Assembly: GCA_943788175.1 (NCBI GenBank)
Contig: CALSPG010000002.1
Location: 37,317 to 101,316, forward strand
From: an uncultured bacterium
GTDB lineage: Bacteria; Fidelibacterota; Marinisomatia; Marinisomatales; UBA1611
Direction of reading: 5' to 3'
Length of the DNA stretch: 64,000 nucleotides
Shown here: positions 19,501 through 29,485 of the stretch, piece by piece
How positions within the stretch are numbered: position 1 is the first letter of the stretch
How the letters are laid out: each line of letters begins with the position of its first letter
Program-made: the position numbers and the translations under genes
Notes under the pieces: model-generated
The model's database searches: none
The model's input: the letters and a program-made list of their open reading frames with translations, nothing else
What the model was told of the DNA's origin: nothing

Positions 19501-20231
19501 TGATCGATATCAATTGCGACATGGGAGAACTAACTACGCTTTTAGAAGACGGAACGTATGAAGCTTTAATGAACCATGTCACCTCAATTAATATAGCTTG
19601 CGGCGGTCATGCTGGCGATGAAAAAATGATACGAGTCATGGTTGAGACTGCTAAGGAGAAAAACGTCAAGATAGGCGCACACCCGAGCTACCCAGACCGT
19701 AAGAACTTTGGTCGATATGAAATGGACATTAGCGATAAAAAGCTGTCTACTTCAATCCTGGAACAAATTACCAAAGTTATAAATATTGCGGAGGAGCATA
19801 ATTATTCAATTAGTCATATGAAACCTCATGGTGCTCTTTACAACAAAGCGGCAAACGATGAAAGCTTAGCAACCTTAATCGGTGAGACCATTAAATCTAT
19901 CAACCCCTCTCTCCCGGTTATGTGTTTGGCCGGTTCTAAAATGGTTTCAACATTGAAAGATATGGGATTAAATGTATTACGTGAATCCTTTGCTGATAGA
20001 ACCTATGAAGCAGATGGTAGCCTACGGAAAAGAGTATTAAGTGATGCTTTAATATTAAACCCTCAAATTGCAGCAATGCAGGCATATAATATATCTAAAA
20101 ATAATAAATTAGTTGCTCATGACGGGACAGAAATCACCCTTCAATCGGAGACGATGTGCATTCACAGTGATACACCAGAAGCCTTAAAAATTGCAATTGC
20201 TGTAAACAATAAACTAAATAGGAGTCAATGA
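19500..20231 (+). CDS. pxpA: 5-oxoprolinase subunit A (LamB/YcsF family)
   Basis: DINCDMGE, NIACGGHAGD, KPHGALYN, CIHSDTP. Confidence 0.95.
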   Translation: MIDINCDMGELTTLLEDGTYEALMNHVTSINIACGGHAGDEKMIRVMVETAKEKNVKIGAHPSYPDRKNFGRYEMDISDKKLSTSILEQITKVINIAEEHNYSISHMKPHGALYNKAANDESLATLIGETIKSINPSLPVMCLAGSKMVSTLKDMGLNVLRESFADRTYEADGSLRKRVLSDALILNPQIAAMQAYNISKNNKLVAHDGTEITLQSETMCIHSDTPEALKIAIAVNNKLNRSQ

Positions 20232-20500
20232 TGCGTTCATATTTCCAAGGCCTTATAACAGGCGCCATACTGGTATTTTCTTTATTCATTTTCATGGGAC
20301 AGCAAGACCTTCAAAAAGCGGAAGAACGTGCTAACAATAGGTTTGATGAAATTGTAAAAGCGATAGAAATTATTTACACCGAGATTGGTTCTACATCAGA
20401 TCATCATTTTGTGAAGTTAAATGAAGTAGAAAAAAAGGTTGATCACATGGAGACGCTTGTTGTCGAGATGTTCAACTACGGCATTAAATGCAAATTGTAA
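20228..20500 (+). CDS. Small membrane-anchored coiled-coil hypothetical protein
   Basis: GGAG RBS. MRSYFQGLITGAILVFSLFIFMG resembles the 6191-6454 N-terminus. Confidence 0.7.
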   Translation: MMRSYFQGLITGAILVFSLFIFMGQQDLQKAEERANNRFDEIVKAIEIIYTEIGSTSDHHFVKLNEVEKKVDHMETLVVEMFNYGIKCKL

Positions 20501-20504
20501 TCGA

Positions 20505-20874
20505 CTAACTGCTAATAATTGCCGCTGCGACAAGAAGCCCTGCGCAATTTGCAATCATATCTTTCACGCTAAAAAATCCGTTTTTTTCCCCTCGAGTCAT
20601 TTAATTCTTTCGAAAGGCCTGCAACAAAACTTAATGCCGTAGAAACAGGCAAAGACTCTGACTCCGTATTTTTAGATTTATTGACCAGAACGTACTGACA
20701 ACCCAGCGATATCAAACAGCTGTAGGTAAAATGCTGCGCTTTATCTACAGCAAACCATTTGTCTACCCTTTTTACTTTTTGTTTTTGTTCTGACTTCGTG
20801 TCAATAGGGTTGTTATCCTGAGCGCTTATAATACAGAAACATAGGACTAATAGTATCACAATATACTTTTTCAT
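20505..20874 (-). CDS. YfiM/DUF2279-like protein (+1 frameshift at T7 20581-20587)
   Basis: DKAQHF...GLSKELND motif. The shifted frame continues GFFSVKDMIANCAGLLVAAAIISS*. Confidence 0.7.
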
Positions 20875-20879
20875 TTTTA

Positions 20880-21374
20880 CTATTGATTATAATTCTTGAG
20901 ATCGTTTGTGTGGTCTAAAGTCATTTTCCAAGACCCACCTACTTTAATATTATGAGTAGACCAATGCCCCTCTCGCTCCGTCGTTACGCCTTCTTTTGAT
21001 GTACTTTTTACTTTCCACTTACCATAAGCAAAGGCTCTGCTACCAAATACTTGCGCTGATATTACTTCTGCACTATGATTAATTGACTCTGAACTTCCGT
21101 ACCAATCAATAAAGTCTTGTTTTATCTTATCAAGGCCTTGAATTGGAGCAAGTCCATTCCCATTCACAATCGCATCCTCAGCGTATAAAGAAAGACTCCC
21201 AACCACATCCATTGTGTTTGCATACATTGAATATTTATCACAAATCGCTTTTTGGTATTCTGCTTTAAAATCACCATCTGCACTGCTTATGTCAACCTCT
21301 ACACAATTAACCAGCAGAGCTAAGCTCAACACTATTATGGATTGTTTCATTGGAATCTCCTTTGTTTTCTGCAT
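20880..21374 (-). CDS. NTF2/SnoaL-like (DUF4440) exported protein
   Basis: LYAEDA...GSWKMTLDH pattern. Signal peptide from Met9. Confidence 0.75.
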   Translation of the reverse strand: MQKTKEIPMKQSIIVLSLALLVNCVEVDISSADGDFKAEYQKAICDKYSMYANTMDVVGSLSLYAEDAIVNGNGLAPIQGLDKIKQDFIDWYGSSESINHSAEVISAQVFGSRAFAYGKWKVKSTSKEGVTTEREGHWSTHNIKVGGSWKMTLDHTNDLKNYNQ

Positions 21375-21524
21375 TCAATCTAATGAAGCAGATGACAAAA
21401 GATTAGAGCTTTAAGTAGTTTTTTATATAACCGAAAAAGAAGATATGATAAGGTTTACAACTAGCATGCATACTATAAAGTAATACATTATATAAAATAT
21501 TATAAATATTTATATTATTTGTTT

Positions 21525-22610
21525 TTAAAAATTAAACCTTAACTGAAAACTGACCTCTTCTTTTTCATTATTTTCTTTAGAATACAAATTAGAAATAGCA
21601 ATTCCAAGAAGCCGAACAGAGCGCTCAATTTTTTTTTGATAGATTAATTCTTCGATTATCGGAAAGAATTCGTGTTTCTTTGATATATGACGTTCTATCG
21701 TCTTGCTTCTCGTTTGAGTTGTAAAATCATTATATTTCAATTTTACGGTAATAGTCCTACCTTTATTTTTTGATTTAATCATTCGTTTTTCCAGCTCGTC
21801 AGCAATACTGTCAAGTTCATCGAGCATAAACGCCTCAGACTTAATATCTTTCGAGAACGTTCTTTCTGCTCCTACCGACTTGCGTATGCGGCTAGGGTTT
21901 ACAGGGCTATCTTGAATACTTCGGACTATTTTGTAGTAATGACTTCCTGCTTTTCCAAAATAAGCGATTAGTTTATCTTTATCTAGTTTGCGTAAATCAG
22001 CACCATAATAAATACCGAGATCGTTCATCTTTTTTGCGGTAACCTTACCGACACCAAAGAATTTTTTCACCTCGAGTGTATCAATAAACTCATCTACCTG
22101 AGATGGATGAATCGTCTTCTGTCCATTAGGCTTATTGACCTCTGTCGCAACTTTTGCCAAAAACTTATTAATCGAAATACCGGCGGATGCTGTTAGGCCT
22201 GTTTCCGATGTAATCCTGGCTCGTATCTCTTTTGCGATATCGGCTGCAAGTTCTACATTTTTTTTATTTTCGGTAACATCCAAAAAAGCCTCATCAAGTG
22301 AAAGCGGCTCAATGATATCTGTATAATCGGAGAAAATAGCTCTTATTTGACCTGATATCTCTTTGTATCTATCAAACCTTGGCCTTGCAAAGATAAGGTC
22401 CTTACATCTCTTTTTTGCAAGAACAGAGGGCATCGCAGACCTTACGCCAAATACTCTGGCTTCATAGGATGCTGCAGCGACCACACCTCTTTCTTTGCTT
22501 CCACCAACAGCTACTGGCTTACCCCTCAGAATCGGATTGTCTAATTGTTCAACTGAGGCAAAAAAGGCATCCATATCAATGTGGATGATTTTTCGTATGA
22601 CCTTTTTCAA
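21525..22610 (-). CDS. dinB: DNA polymerase IV
   Basis: IIHIDMDAFFASVEQ, SYEAR, SLDEAFLD. Confidence 0.97.
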   Translation of the reverse strand: MKKVIRKIIHIDMDAFFASVEQLDNPILRGKPVAVGGSKERGVVAAASYEARVFGVRSAMPSVLAKKRCKDLIFARPRFDRYKEISGQIRAIFSDYTDIIEPLSLDEAFLDVTENKKNVELAADIAKEIRARITSETGLTASAGISINKFLAKVATEVNKPNGQKTIHPSQVDEFIDTLEVKKFFGVGKVTAKKMNDLGIYYGADLRKLDKDKLIAYFGKAGSHYYKIVRSIQDSPVNPSRIRKSVGAERTFSKDIKSEAFMLDELDSIADELEKRMIKSKNKGRTITVKLKYNDFTTQTRSKTIERHISKKHEFFPIIEELIYQKKIERSVRLLGIAISNLYSKENNEKEEVSFQLRFNF

Positions 22611-22669
22611 AAGGGAAACGTAAAAATGTGAGGATTACAATAAGCTGAGATCAACTTAATGAAAAGGTC

Positions 22670-24640
22670 CTACTGGTTCCAGTAAAGCTTTCTTTTTAGC
22701 TTATTGGATAAGCTTTGCACTTCGGTATGCCTGAGCTTGACACCTAAAAGTGCTTTTGATTCTTTCACAAACTCATGAAAGGGAATACGCAGAACGGATG
22801 TTTCTCCTGACGTTAATGATTTTTTTCCGTCTGGAGTAACAATGATAATCATACCCGTATGTGCTTTAAGTTTTTCAATGTCTTCTTTAGGCTCTTGTTC
22901 ATGGTAACCAAGCCTAGTTTCAATTATTTTGTCCCAAAAATAAAACTCCGGAACGGTACTTTTAATCTGCTGTTTACAAGAGAACTGATTTTCTTTGGTT
23001 ACTCTTTTTGGATTTTTCAGTTCAGTAAAGTTGTATTTTTTGAGCAACGCATGGAAGAAGGTATGAAATGCATTTTGCATACTTTCTCTTGTTTTAAGCT
23101 GATTCGTAAATGCTTTAAGGTCCACGCCTACTTTAAGAAGTCCTGCTGTCCAGTATCCATACTTTGCACAAATGGCGTGGTAAAGTCCTTTTTCATGGGT
23201 TGTGGCATACTTGCCAAGGAGTCTATTCTCCCCGGTATTTAGTGATTCTTCTACGAGCCTTCTAACGTTTTCATATATGACCTCAATCTTCCATGGGTCA
23301 TCTAGCTCATCATGATATAATGAGTCTAGATCCTTAACAGGAAGTCCAAGATTTTCCATAAAATTAATATAGCTTCCTTTTCCTAGTTCTGTCATTTGAT
23401 CTAGTACTTCAGCTTCATTTTCGTCATTTTCTAAATACTTTCGCGTAATTCTCTGTCCGTTCGAATATCTTCTAAATACGCCCTGAAGCATATCGTCGAA
23501 GGTCGAAGCATCGCGCAAATCGCCGTCCACATAAATATCACGAAAAACTCTCTCAATATGATCTATATAGTACTGATGAGGAGCGCAGGGTTCCTTATCT
23601 CTGTAGAAGTAGGCTTCTATCAAACTGCCTAAAAGAAAATCATCATCGTGCATGAACTCTCTAAATTTAGAATCTGCCCACGTTTTTCTTAACCCTCTAT
23701 AGAAATAAGCGATGTAATCGTATTTTGGCTTTGTTAAATGCTCTTGTTTAAATACAAATTTTTGTTCGATCAAATAATCCAGAAACATAAGGACAAACCG
23801 TTTTCTGTTTGCAGCTGCAATCTTTTGTTTGATCTCCATATAATCAAATCCGGCTGCTTCTACGGCTGCTTTCCAACATAGTTCATGCGTAGCCAAATCT
23901 TTTGTGCCAAACATGCGCACACCTTCTTGCATTATGGACACTAATGAAATTCTCAATTCAGGTGTTTTTTCGGCCTGCGACAATGGAAAGTCTGAACCAG
24001 GGTAGCGAATGAAATCAGGAATACGAATGAACTTCCTATCATCCTTATCTTTTGGATTCATATATTCAGCTGCGAGCACTCTATCACCAAAGATGCCAGC
24101 AACTATTTTTAAGGTTTCAGACCAGTTTTTCTTTTCTTCCTCCTCATTAGTACCATAAACTGGCGGAAGGTGACAATTGGGATTAATACCTGCATGCGCA
24201 TATGCATCTTGAACAGTAATAAACAATTTGTTCTTCCCTAAATTTTGAAGCTGAGCTAAAAGTGGTTTGTTGAACTGATTAAAAAATCCGCGTACCGACA
24301 AATCAAATGTTTTTTTATTCTGATGCCTTTTGGCCCATTTATCGTGGGCACTTCGAAGCTCGTGAACCATTCGCTGTTTTGACCATCTATCATGCATCGC
24401 CGTTAGATAGTCTGTTGGGTTTGCATGATAACGCTTCATCGTATAGCGTATCTGCTTCTCCGTTAAATTTGGAATAATATACGAAATTTCTTGGACGGTC
24501 TTCTTCTTCCAGATACTTAGAACGATAGCCAGCGCTTTCTGCTGGACATCTTCTAGTTCATGCACCATCAGCTTCTCTAACAGGATTACCTGTTTTTCTG
24601 TGGGAACTCTACCTGTTTGTTTTTCTTTTTTTTCTGCCAT
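22670..24640 (-). CDS. Hypothetical 656-aa protein: N-terminal HTH, helical repeats, degenerate PD-(D/E)XK-like C-terminus
   Basis: Long intact ORF. Domain calls come from motif inspection only. Confidence 0.7.
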   Translation of the reverse strand: MAEKKEKQTGRVPTEKQVILLEKLMVHELEDVQQKALAIVLSIWKKKTVQEISYIIPNLTEKQIRYTMKRYHANPTDYLTAMHDRWSKQRMVHELRSAHDKWAKRHQNKKTFDLSVRGFFNQFNKPLLAQLQNLGKNKLFITVQDAYAHAGINPNCHLPPVYGTNEEEEKKNWSETLKIVAGIFGDRVLAAEYMNPKDKDDRKFIRIPDFIRYPGSDFPLSQAEKTPELRISLVSIMQEGVRMFGTKDLATHELCWKAAVEAAGFDYMEIKQKIAAANRKRFVLMFLDYLIEQKFVFKQEHLTKPKYDYIAYFYRGLRKTWADSKFREFMHDDDFLLGSLIEAYFYRDKEPCAPHQYYIDHIERVFRDIYVDGDLRDASTFDDMLQGVFRRYSNGQRITRKYLENDENEAEVLDQMTELGKGSYINFMENLGLPVKDLDSLYHDELDDPWKIEVIYENVRRLVEESLNTGENRLLGKYATTHEKGLYHAICAKYGYWTAGLLKVGVDLKAFTNQLKTRESMQNAFHTFFHALLKKYNFTELKNPKRVTKENQFSCKQQIKSTVPEFYFWDKIIETRLGYHEQEPKEDIEKLKAHTGMIIIVTPDGKKSLTSGETSVLRIPFHEFVKESKALLGVKLRHTEVQSLSNKLKRKLYWNQ

Positions 24641-24684
24641 AATTCAAATTCGATAGGATAAGATAAATTTTTCCGCAGTCCTAT

Positions 24685-26859
24685 TTAGCCTATTTTAAGA
24701 TGAAGTCGGAAATATTCGAAGAGTTTCTTGTAAACATGTTTTCCTGCATTATTACCATAAATGCCATGATTTCTTGTTGGATAATACATGACATCAATCG
24801 GTTTATCTGCTTGAATACATGCTTCAATAAATTTTGTAGTGTTCTGAGCATGAACATTATCATCGTGGGTACCATGCATTAGAAGCAGCTTCCCTTTTAA
24901 CTTATCAACATAGGTTATTGTTGAGGTCGAATCGTATCCAATCGCGTTTTCTTGGGGCAGGCCCATATATCTTTCTGTATAGGCTGTATCATAAAGTCTA
25001 AAATCTGTTACCGGCGCAACAGCGACACCAACATTGAATAGATCCGAATGTTTGGTAAGCATCAGACACGTGAAGTAACCACCTCCACTCCAACCCCATG
25101 CTCCGATACGATCTTTATCCACATAACCTTGATCAATTAAATAGTTTACTCCGGTAGCATGATCTCTTGAAAGATAATGCGCCATATCACCATAGCTTAA
25201 GTTTTTAAAATCTCTACCTCTTCCTGACATTCCTCGCGCATCCATAGAAAAAATAATATACCCCTCCTTGGCTAAGAATTGCTGAAAGCCACCCTGCCAA
25301 CGATTTTGTACAATTTGAGTCCCAGGCATTCCGTAGCCATGAACAATCATAGGATACTGTTTGCCTTCTTCATAATTATGGGGAAGCGTAACAATTCCAT
25401 TTAGAATGGTTTCATTATCATCGGCTAGAAATCGAACAATAGAAGGCTTTGATAAATTAGTTTGATCAAAATTTGAGAGGTCCGTTGTTCCTAAGGTTCG
25501 TAATAAGGTTCCATCGCTACTACGAAGCCTAATTGTTCTGGGCTGATCAATCGAGGAGTAGGTATCAATAAATGTTTTGCCATTGGGGTTCATCGAAACA
25601 GAGTGAGTCCCTGGTTCAGGTGTTAATAGTTTTAGTGCAGTACCATCAAAACGAACAGAATAAAAATGTTTTTCAAGAACGGATTTTTTATTGGACATAA
25701 AAAATATAGTTTCATTTTTTTCATCTACATGCACGATCTCTTTTACTTCCCACTGCCCGCTAGTCACCGGAACCGTAAAACGACCATCTGTTCTTTCAAG
25801 GTACATGTGTTGGTAACCATCTCGTTCTGAGATATGTAAGAATAATCCATTTTTGAGAATTTGGTTTGTCTCATGAAGTTCAACCCATCCATCAATATCT
25901 GTCTCCGTGAGACCTTTCATCGTCCTACCACTTGAGATATCGGCGTAGATCATTTGCCACTTTTTTTGGAGTCTCTCAAGCTTCATCACCCAAAGATTAT
26001 CATTGTCATACCACTCAAACCAAGGATAATAGACACTGGTATCTTGATCAAGACTAATAAATTTCTTTCCACCTCCTTGAACATTAACAACCGCAATTTT
26101 TATAGATGGGTTTCGTCGTCCTGCTTTTGGATAATACACTTTTTGAATATCTGGATAAAGTTGAAGATCATCTATCATACTAAACTGACTTACTTCAGAC
26201 TGATTTTCTTCAACAAAAGCAATAAAGCGACTATCAGGTGACCACCTGTAGCCATCATAACCACTTAATTCTTCTTCATAAACCCAACCATAATGTCCAT
26301 TCAAAACAGTTTCCGAACCCGTTCTGGTTAGCTTTTTTTCTCGGTCACGGTTAATGTCGTAAACATATAGGTTATTATCATCACGGACATAAGACACCCA
26401 TCTATTATCAGGAGAAATCTTCACGTTTCGTAGATTTTTATTTTTTTTACTTACTTTTATTAAGGATCTATCACTGATACGTAATATGTAATAACTGCCT
26501 TTATTAGAGTGCCGCCATATTCTATTTCGCTCAGACTGAATCAGCATCAGTCCTTTATCTTTAGAAAAACTCCAGCGCAGGATTGGGATATCTTTATTTT
26601 TGTATCTAAAAACGCTACTATCTAAATAAACTACGGTATCCCCAAGCGCAGGATCCACAGTGTAAAAAGAACGTCTATTCTCTGCTTTTCCCTTTACAAT
26701 AATCTTATCAGATCCCCTTTTCCATCTATAATCACCCATGCTCGGATATTTAATGTTTAAATTATAGTTTACCTCCCACCATGGTGTAGGCTCTGCTAAA
26801 ATAATACTCGAGCAAAAAGAGAAAAGAATGAAACCTGCTTTTAAGAAACTAAATCTCAT
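24685..26859 (-). CDS. S9B dipeptidyl-peptidase IV family protein
   Basis: WVYEEE, GWSGGG, HGTHDDNVH. Confidence 0.93.
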   Translation of the reverse strand: MRFSFLKAGFILFSFCSSIILAEPTPWWEVNYNLNIKYPSMGDYRWKRGSDKIIVKGKAENRRSFYTVDPALGDTVVYLDSSVFRYKNKDIPILRWSFSKDKGLMLIQSERNRIWRHSNKGSYYILRISDRSLIKVSKKNKNLRNVKISPDNRWVSYVRDDNNLYVYDINRDREKKLTRTGSETVLNGHYGWVYEEELSGYDGYRWSPDSRFIAFVEENQSEVSQFSMIDDLQLYPDIQKVYYPKAGRRNPSIKIAVVNVQGGGKKFISLDQDTSVYYPWFEWYDNDNLWVMKLERLQKKWQMIYADISSGRTMKGLTETDIDGWVELHETNQILKNGLFLHISERDGYQHMYLERTDGRFTVPVTSGQWEVKEIVHVDEKNETIFFMSNKKSVLEKHFYSVRFDGTALKLLTPEPGTHSVSMNPNGKTFIDTYSSIDQPRTIRLRSSDGTLLRTLGTTDLSNFDQTNLSKPSIVRFLADDNETILNGIVTLPHNYEEGKQYPMIVHGYGMPGTQIVQNRWQGGFQQFLAKEGYIIFSMDARGMSGRGRDFKNLSYGDMAHYLSRDHATGVNYLIDQGYVDKDRIGAWGWSGGGYFTCLMLTKHSDLFNVGVAVAPVTDFRLYDTAYTERYMGLPQENAIGYDSTSTITYVDKLKGKLLLMHGTHDDNVHAQNTTKFIEACIQADKPIDVMYYPTRNHGIYGNNAGKHVYKKLFEYFRLHLKIG

Positions 26860-27523
26860 TTTTAAGCTTTTTTAAAAATTTGACCATCATATCAAAAGTT
26901 ATTGTCTTCGTGTTAACATTCCTAGGACTTGGATGATAGGCTCCATAAAGAGCTATCCCATTTGGGAGATTGTATCCAACTCCATGCTTGAAAGGGTAGT
27001 CTTTCATTTTAATGTCATGGGATTTACGGGTAAAATGCAAAAAAGACTCAAACCCAATTTTACCTAGACCAAGAACAATTTTTAAATTTGGAAGACACTC
27101 AATTTCACTAGCAAGATGCTTCGCGCAATTATTCCGCTCTTGAGCGGTAGGTTTATCTCCAGGGGGAACACATTTTACCGCGACCGACATAAAACCATCT
27201 AATGTTAGACCATCGTCTCTGGAGGTTGAATCTGCTTGGTTAGCCATTCCAGCAGCGTGTAAACACTTAAACAAAAAATCCGCAGATTTATCGCCGGTAA
27301 ATACGCGTCCTGTTCGATTACCTCCATGCGCTGCAGGTGCTAGACCTAAAATAAGAAGATTAGAATTCGGGTCACCATATCCAGGAACAGGCTTTCCCCA
27401 GTAGTCCCAGTCCATGTATGATTTTCTTTTTTCTTGTGCTATTTTTGTCCGAAAATTGACTAATCGCGGGCATTCTACGCACTTAATTACTTCATTTCTT
27501 ACTTTATGAATATTTTGAACCAT
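26849..27523 (-). CDS. Uracil-DNA glycosylase, family 5 (UdgB-like, Fe-S)
   Basis: CVECPRL, GLAPAAHGGNRTGRVFTGD, HPSPRN. Confidence 0.9.
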   Translation of the reverse strand: MVQNIHKVRNEVIKCVECPRLVNFRTKIAQEKRKSYMDWDYWGKPVPGYGDPNSNLLILGLAPAAHGGNRTGRVFTGDKSADFLFKCLHAAGMANQADSTSRDDGLTLDGFMSVAVKCVPPGDKPTAQERNNCAKHLASEIECLPNLKIVLGLGKIGFESFLHFTRKSHDIKMKDYPFKHGVGYNLPNGIALYGAYHPSPRNVNTKTITFDMMVKFLKKLKNEI

Positions 27524-27658
27524 CTTATCTAATTCTCATATTAAAATTGCTATGTCTTAAATTTAGTCTTGTTCATTGTTTCATGCTTGTTCAAAGTCTA
27601 AATTTGACACCATTTAATATAATGGAATATTTTTAATTTATACGTTGAAGGAATTATT

Positions 27659-29485
27659 ATGGGTTTAATGGTCACATTAAGAAAACGAATGACAGTAGTG
27701 CTGTGGGCTTTATTGCTTCTCTTTTTATTAAGTATGTCCGTTGGCGGTTTAGTTGGCGGAGCGAATATCATCGATCAAATTGCTGGAAGAGTCGATCCCT
27801 CAAGAGTAATTGCTCGGATTAATGATCAAGATATTTCTCCAGATTATTTTAATAATTTAGTAAATCAGCAGATAAATCAAGCAAAAGAAAACGGCCAAAC
27901 TGTTAATGATGCACTCTACGAGCGAGTAAGAAACTCTGCATGGACAAATCTTGTACAAGAAGTCTTAGTAAGTTCAGAAATTAAAAGATTAGGATTAAAA
28001 GCAACAGATGAAGAGATAATCTACCACTTGAGAGAAAACCCACCTGAGTTTCTGCGTTCAAACCCGACGTTTCAAACTGATGGAAAATTTGATTCAGAAA
28101 AATATCTTCTAGCTCTTTCCTCCCCTCAAGGAGATGAATGGACTCCAATCGAGAACTGGATGAGAAATAGCTACATACCCAATCTTAAACTCACTCAGTT
28201 TTTAAATGAAAATGTACTTGTCACTGCTGAGGATATAAAAAATGATTTTGTAAAGAAAAACGTAAAATATACAATCGATGCTATTCATGTTACGTACGAC
28301 AAGGCACCAAAAGATGATATTGAACCATCTGATAATGAGCTCACAGATGAGTATAATGCTTCACTATCGGATTTTGAACATGATGAACTTCGCAACCTAA
28401 GCTTTGTTTCTTGGAAAAAATCACCATCATCACAGGATAGTCTTAATAATACCTATCTAGTAGCTGACATTATGGAGAGAGCAAAAGCGGGTGAAGACTT
28501 TTCAAGTTTAGCAAATGAATATACTCAAGACCCTTCTAACCAAGAAAAAGGTGGTGACCTGGGTTGGTTTGGTAAAGGACAAATGGTTAAACCGTTTGAA
28601 GAAGCCGCATTTAAAGCAAAAAAAGGCTCTATAATTGGACCAATTGAGTCGCGCTTTGGAAGCCATATCATTAGCGTCAGAGATAAAAGAACAGAAAAAG
28701 GCAAAGATCAAATATTGGCCTCGCACATATTACTAAAAGTCGAAGCAAGTCCAACAACACTGTCTGACCTTAGAAGAGTTGCCACTCTTTTTAGTTATGA
28801 TGCTCAAGATTCCGGATTTACTGCTGTTGCAAATAGCAATAACCTAGCCATTATATCGCAAGAAAATGTCGAACAGTCCTCTTCCCGAGTTAGGGCTATC
28901 GGTTCAATGCGTAGTGGCGTGAGATATGCTTTCAATAATAAAGTTGGTTCTGTTTCAGATGTTCTTGAAAATGATCAGTTTTATGCTGTTTTTCACGTTG
29001 ACAGCTTAATTGAGGAAGGGCACAAATCGTTTACGAGTGTTAAATCTCAACTCATGAATAAGGTAAAAAGAGAAAAACAGAAATCTGCTTCAAGGGATAT
29101 TATTGATGGATTAGCCATAGAGTTAAATGCAGGCGAACAATCTCTTCGCTCTTTAATTGAAAAGCAAAAGATTTTTGATAGTGTTAAAGATGAATCAAAA
29201 ACGATAAACGAAGGCTTTACCTCTATTGGTAGAAGCAATTTTATTACAGGAGCATTATTAAATAGTGTTGAAGGGAAAATTGTTGGTCCTGTTGAGACAA
29301 ACAGAGGCTGGGCAATTATTCATATCAAAGCTATTGCTTCAATCGACTCAACAGAATTTGAGGTGCAGAGGGAGTCTTTAGCAAGTGGACTTCAGACAAA
29401 AAAGCAAAATCAATATCTGCAAAACTGGTTGGATGACTTAAAAGATAACGCTGAGATAGTTGATAATAGAAATTATTTCTATTAA
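27659..29485 (+). CDS. PpiD/SurA-type peptidyl-prolyl isomerase
   Basis: N-terminal TM, SurA-N domain, parvulin motif GGDLGWF...MVKPFEEAAF...ESRFGSHII. Confidence 0.9.
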   Translation: MGLMVTLRKRMTVVLWALLLLFLLSMSVGGLVGGANIIDQIAGRVDPSRVIARINDQDISPDYFNNLVNQQINQAKENGQTVNDALYERVRNSAWTNLVQEVLVSSEIKRLGLKATDEEIIYHLRENPPEFLRSNPTFQTDGKFDSEKYLLALSSPQGDEWTPIENWMRNSYIPNLKLTQFLNENVLVTAEDIKNDFVKKNVKYTIDAIHVTYDKAPKDDIEPSDNELTDEYNASLSDFEHDELRNLSFVSWKKSPSSQDSLNNTYLVADIMERAKAGEDFSSLANEYTQDPSNQEKGGDLGWFGKGQMVKPFEEAAFKAKKGSIIGPIESRFGSHIISVRDKRTEKGKDQILASHILLKVEASPTTLSDLRRVATLFSYDAQDSGFTAVANSNNLAIISQENVEQSSSRVRAIGSMRSGVRYAFNNKVGSVSDVLENDQFYAVFHVDSLIEEGHKSFTSVKSQLMNKVKREKQKSASRDIIDGLAIELNAGEQSLRSLIEKQKIFDSVKDESKTINEGFTSIGRSNFITGALLNSVEGKIVGPVETNRGWAIIHIKAIASIDSTEFEVQRESLASGLQTKKQNQYLQNWLDDLKDNAEIVDNRNYFY

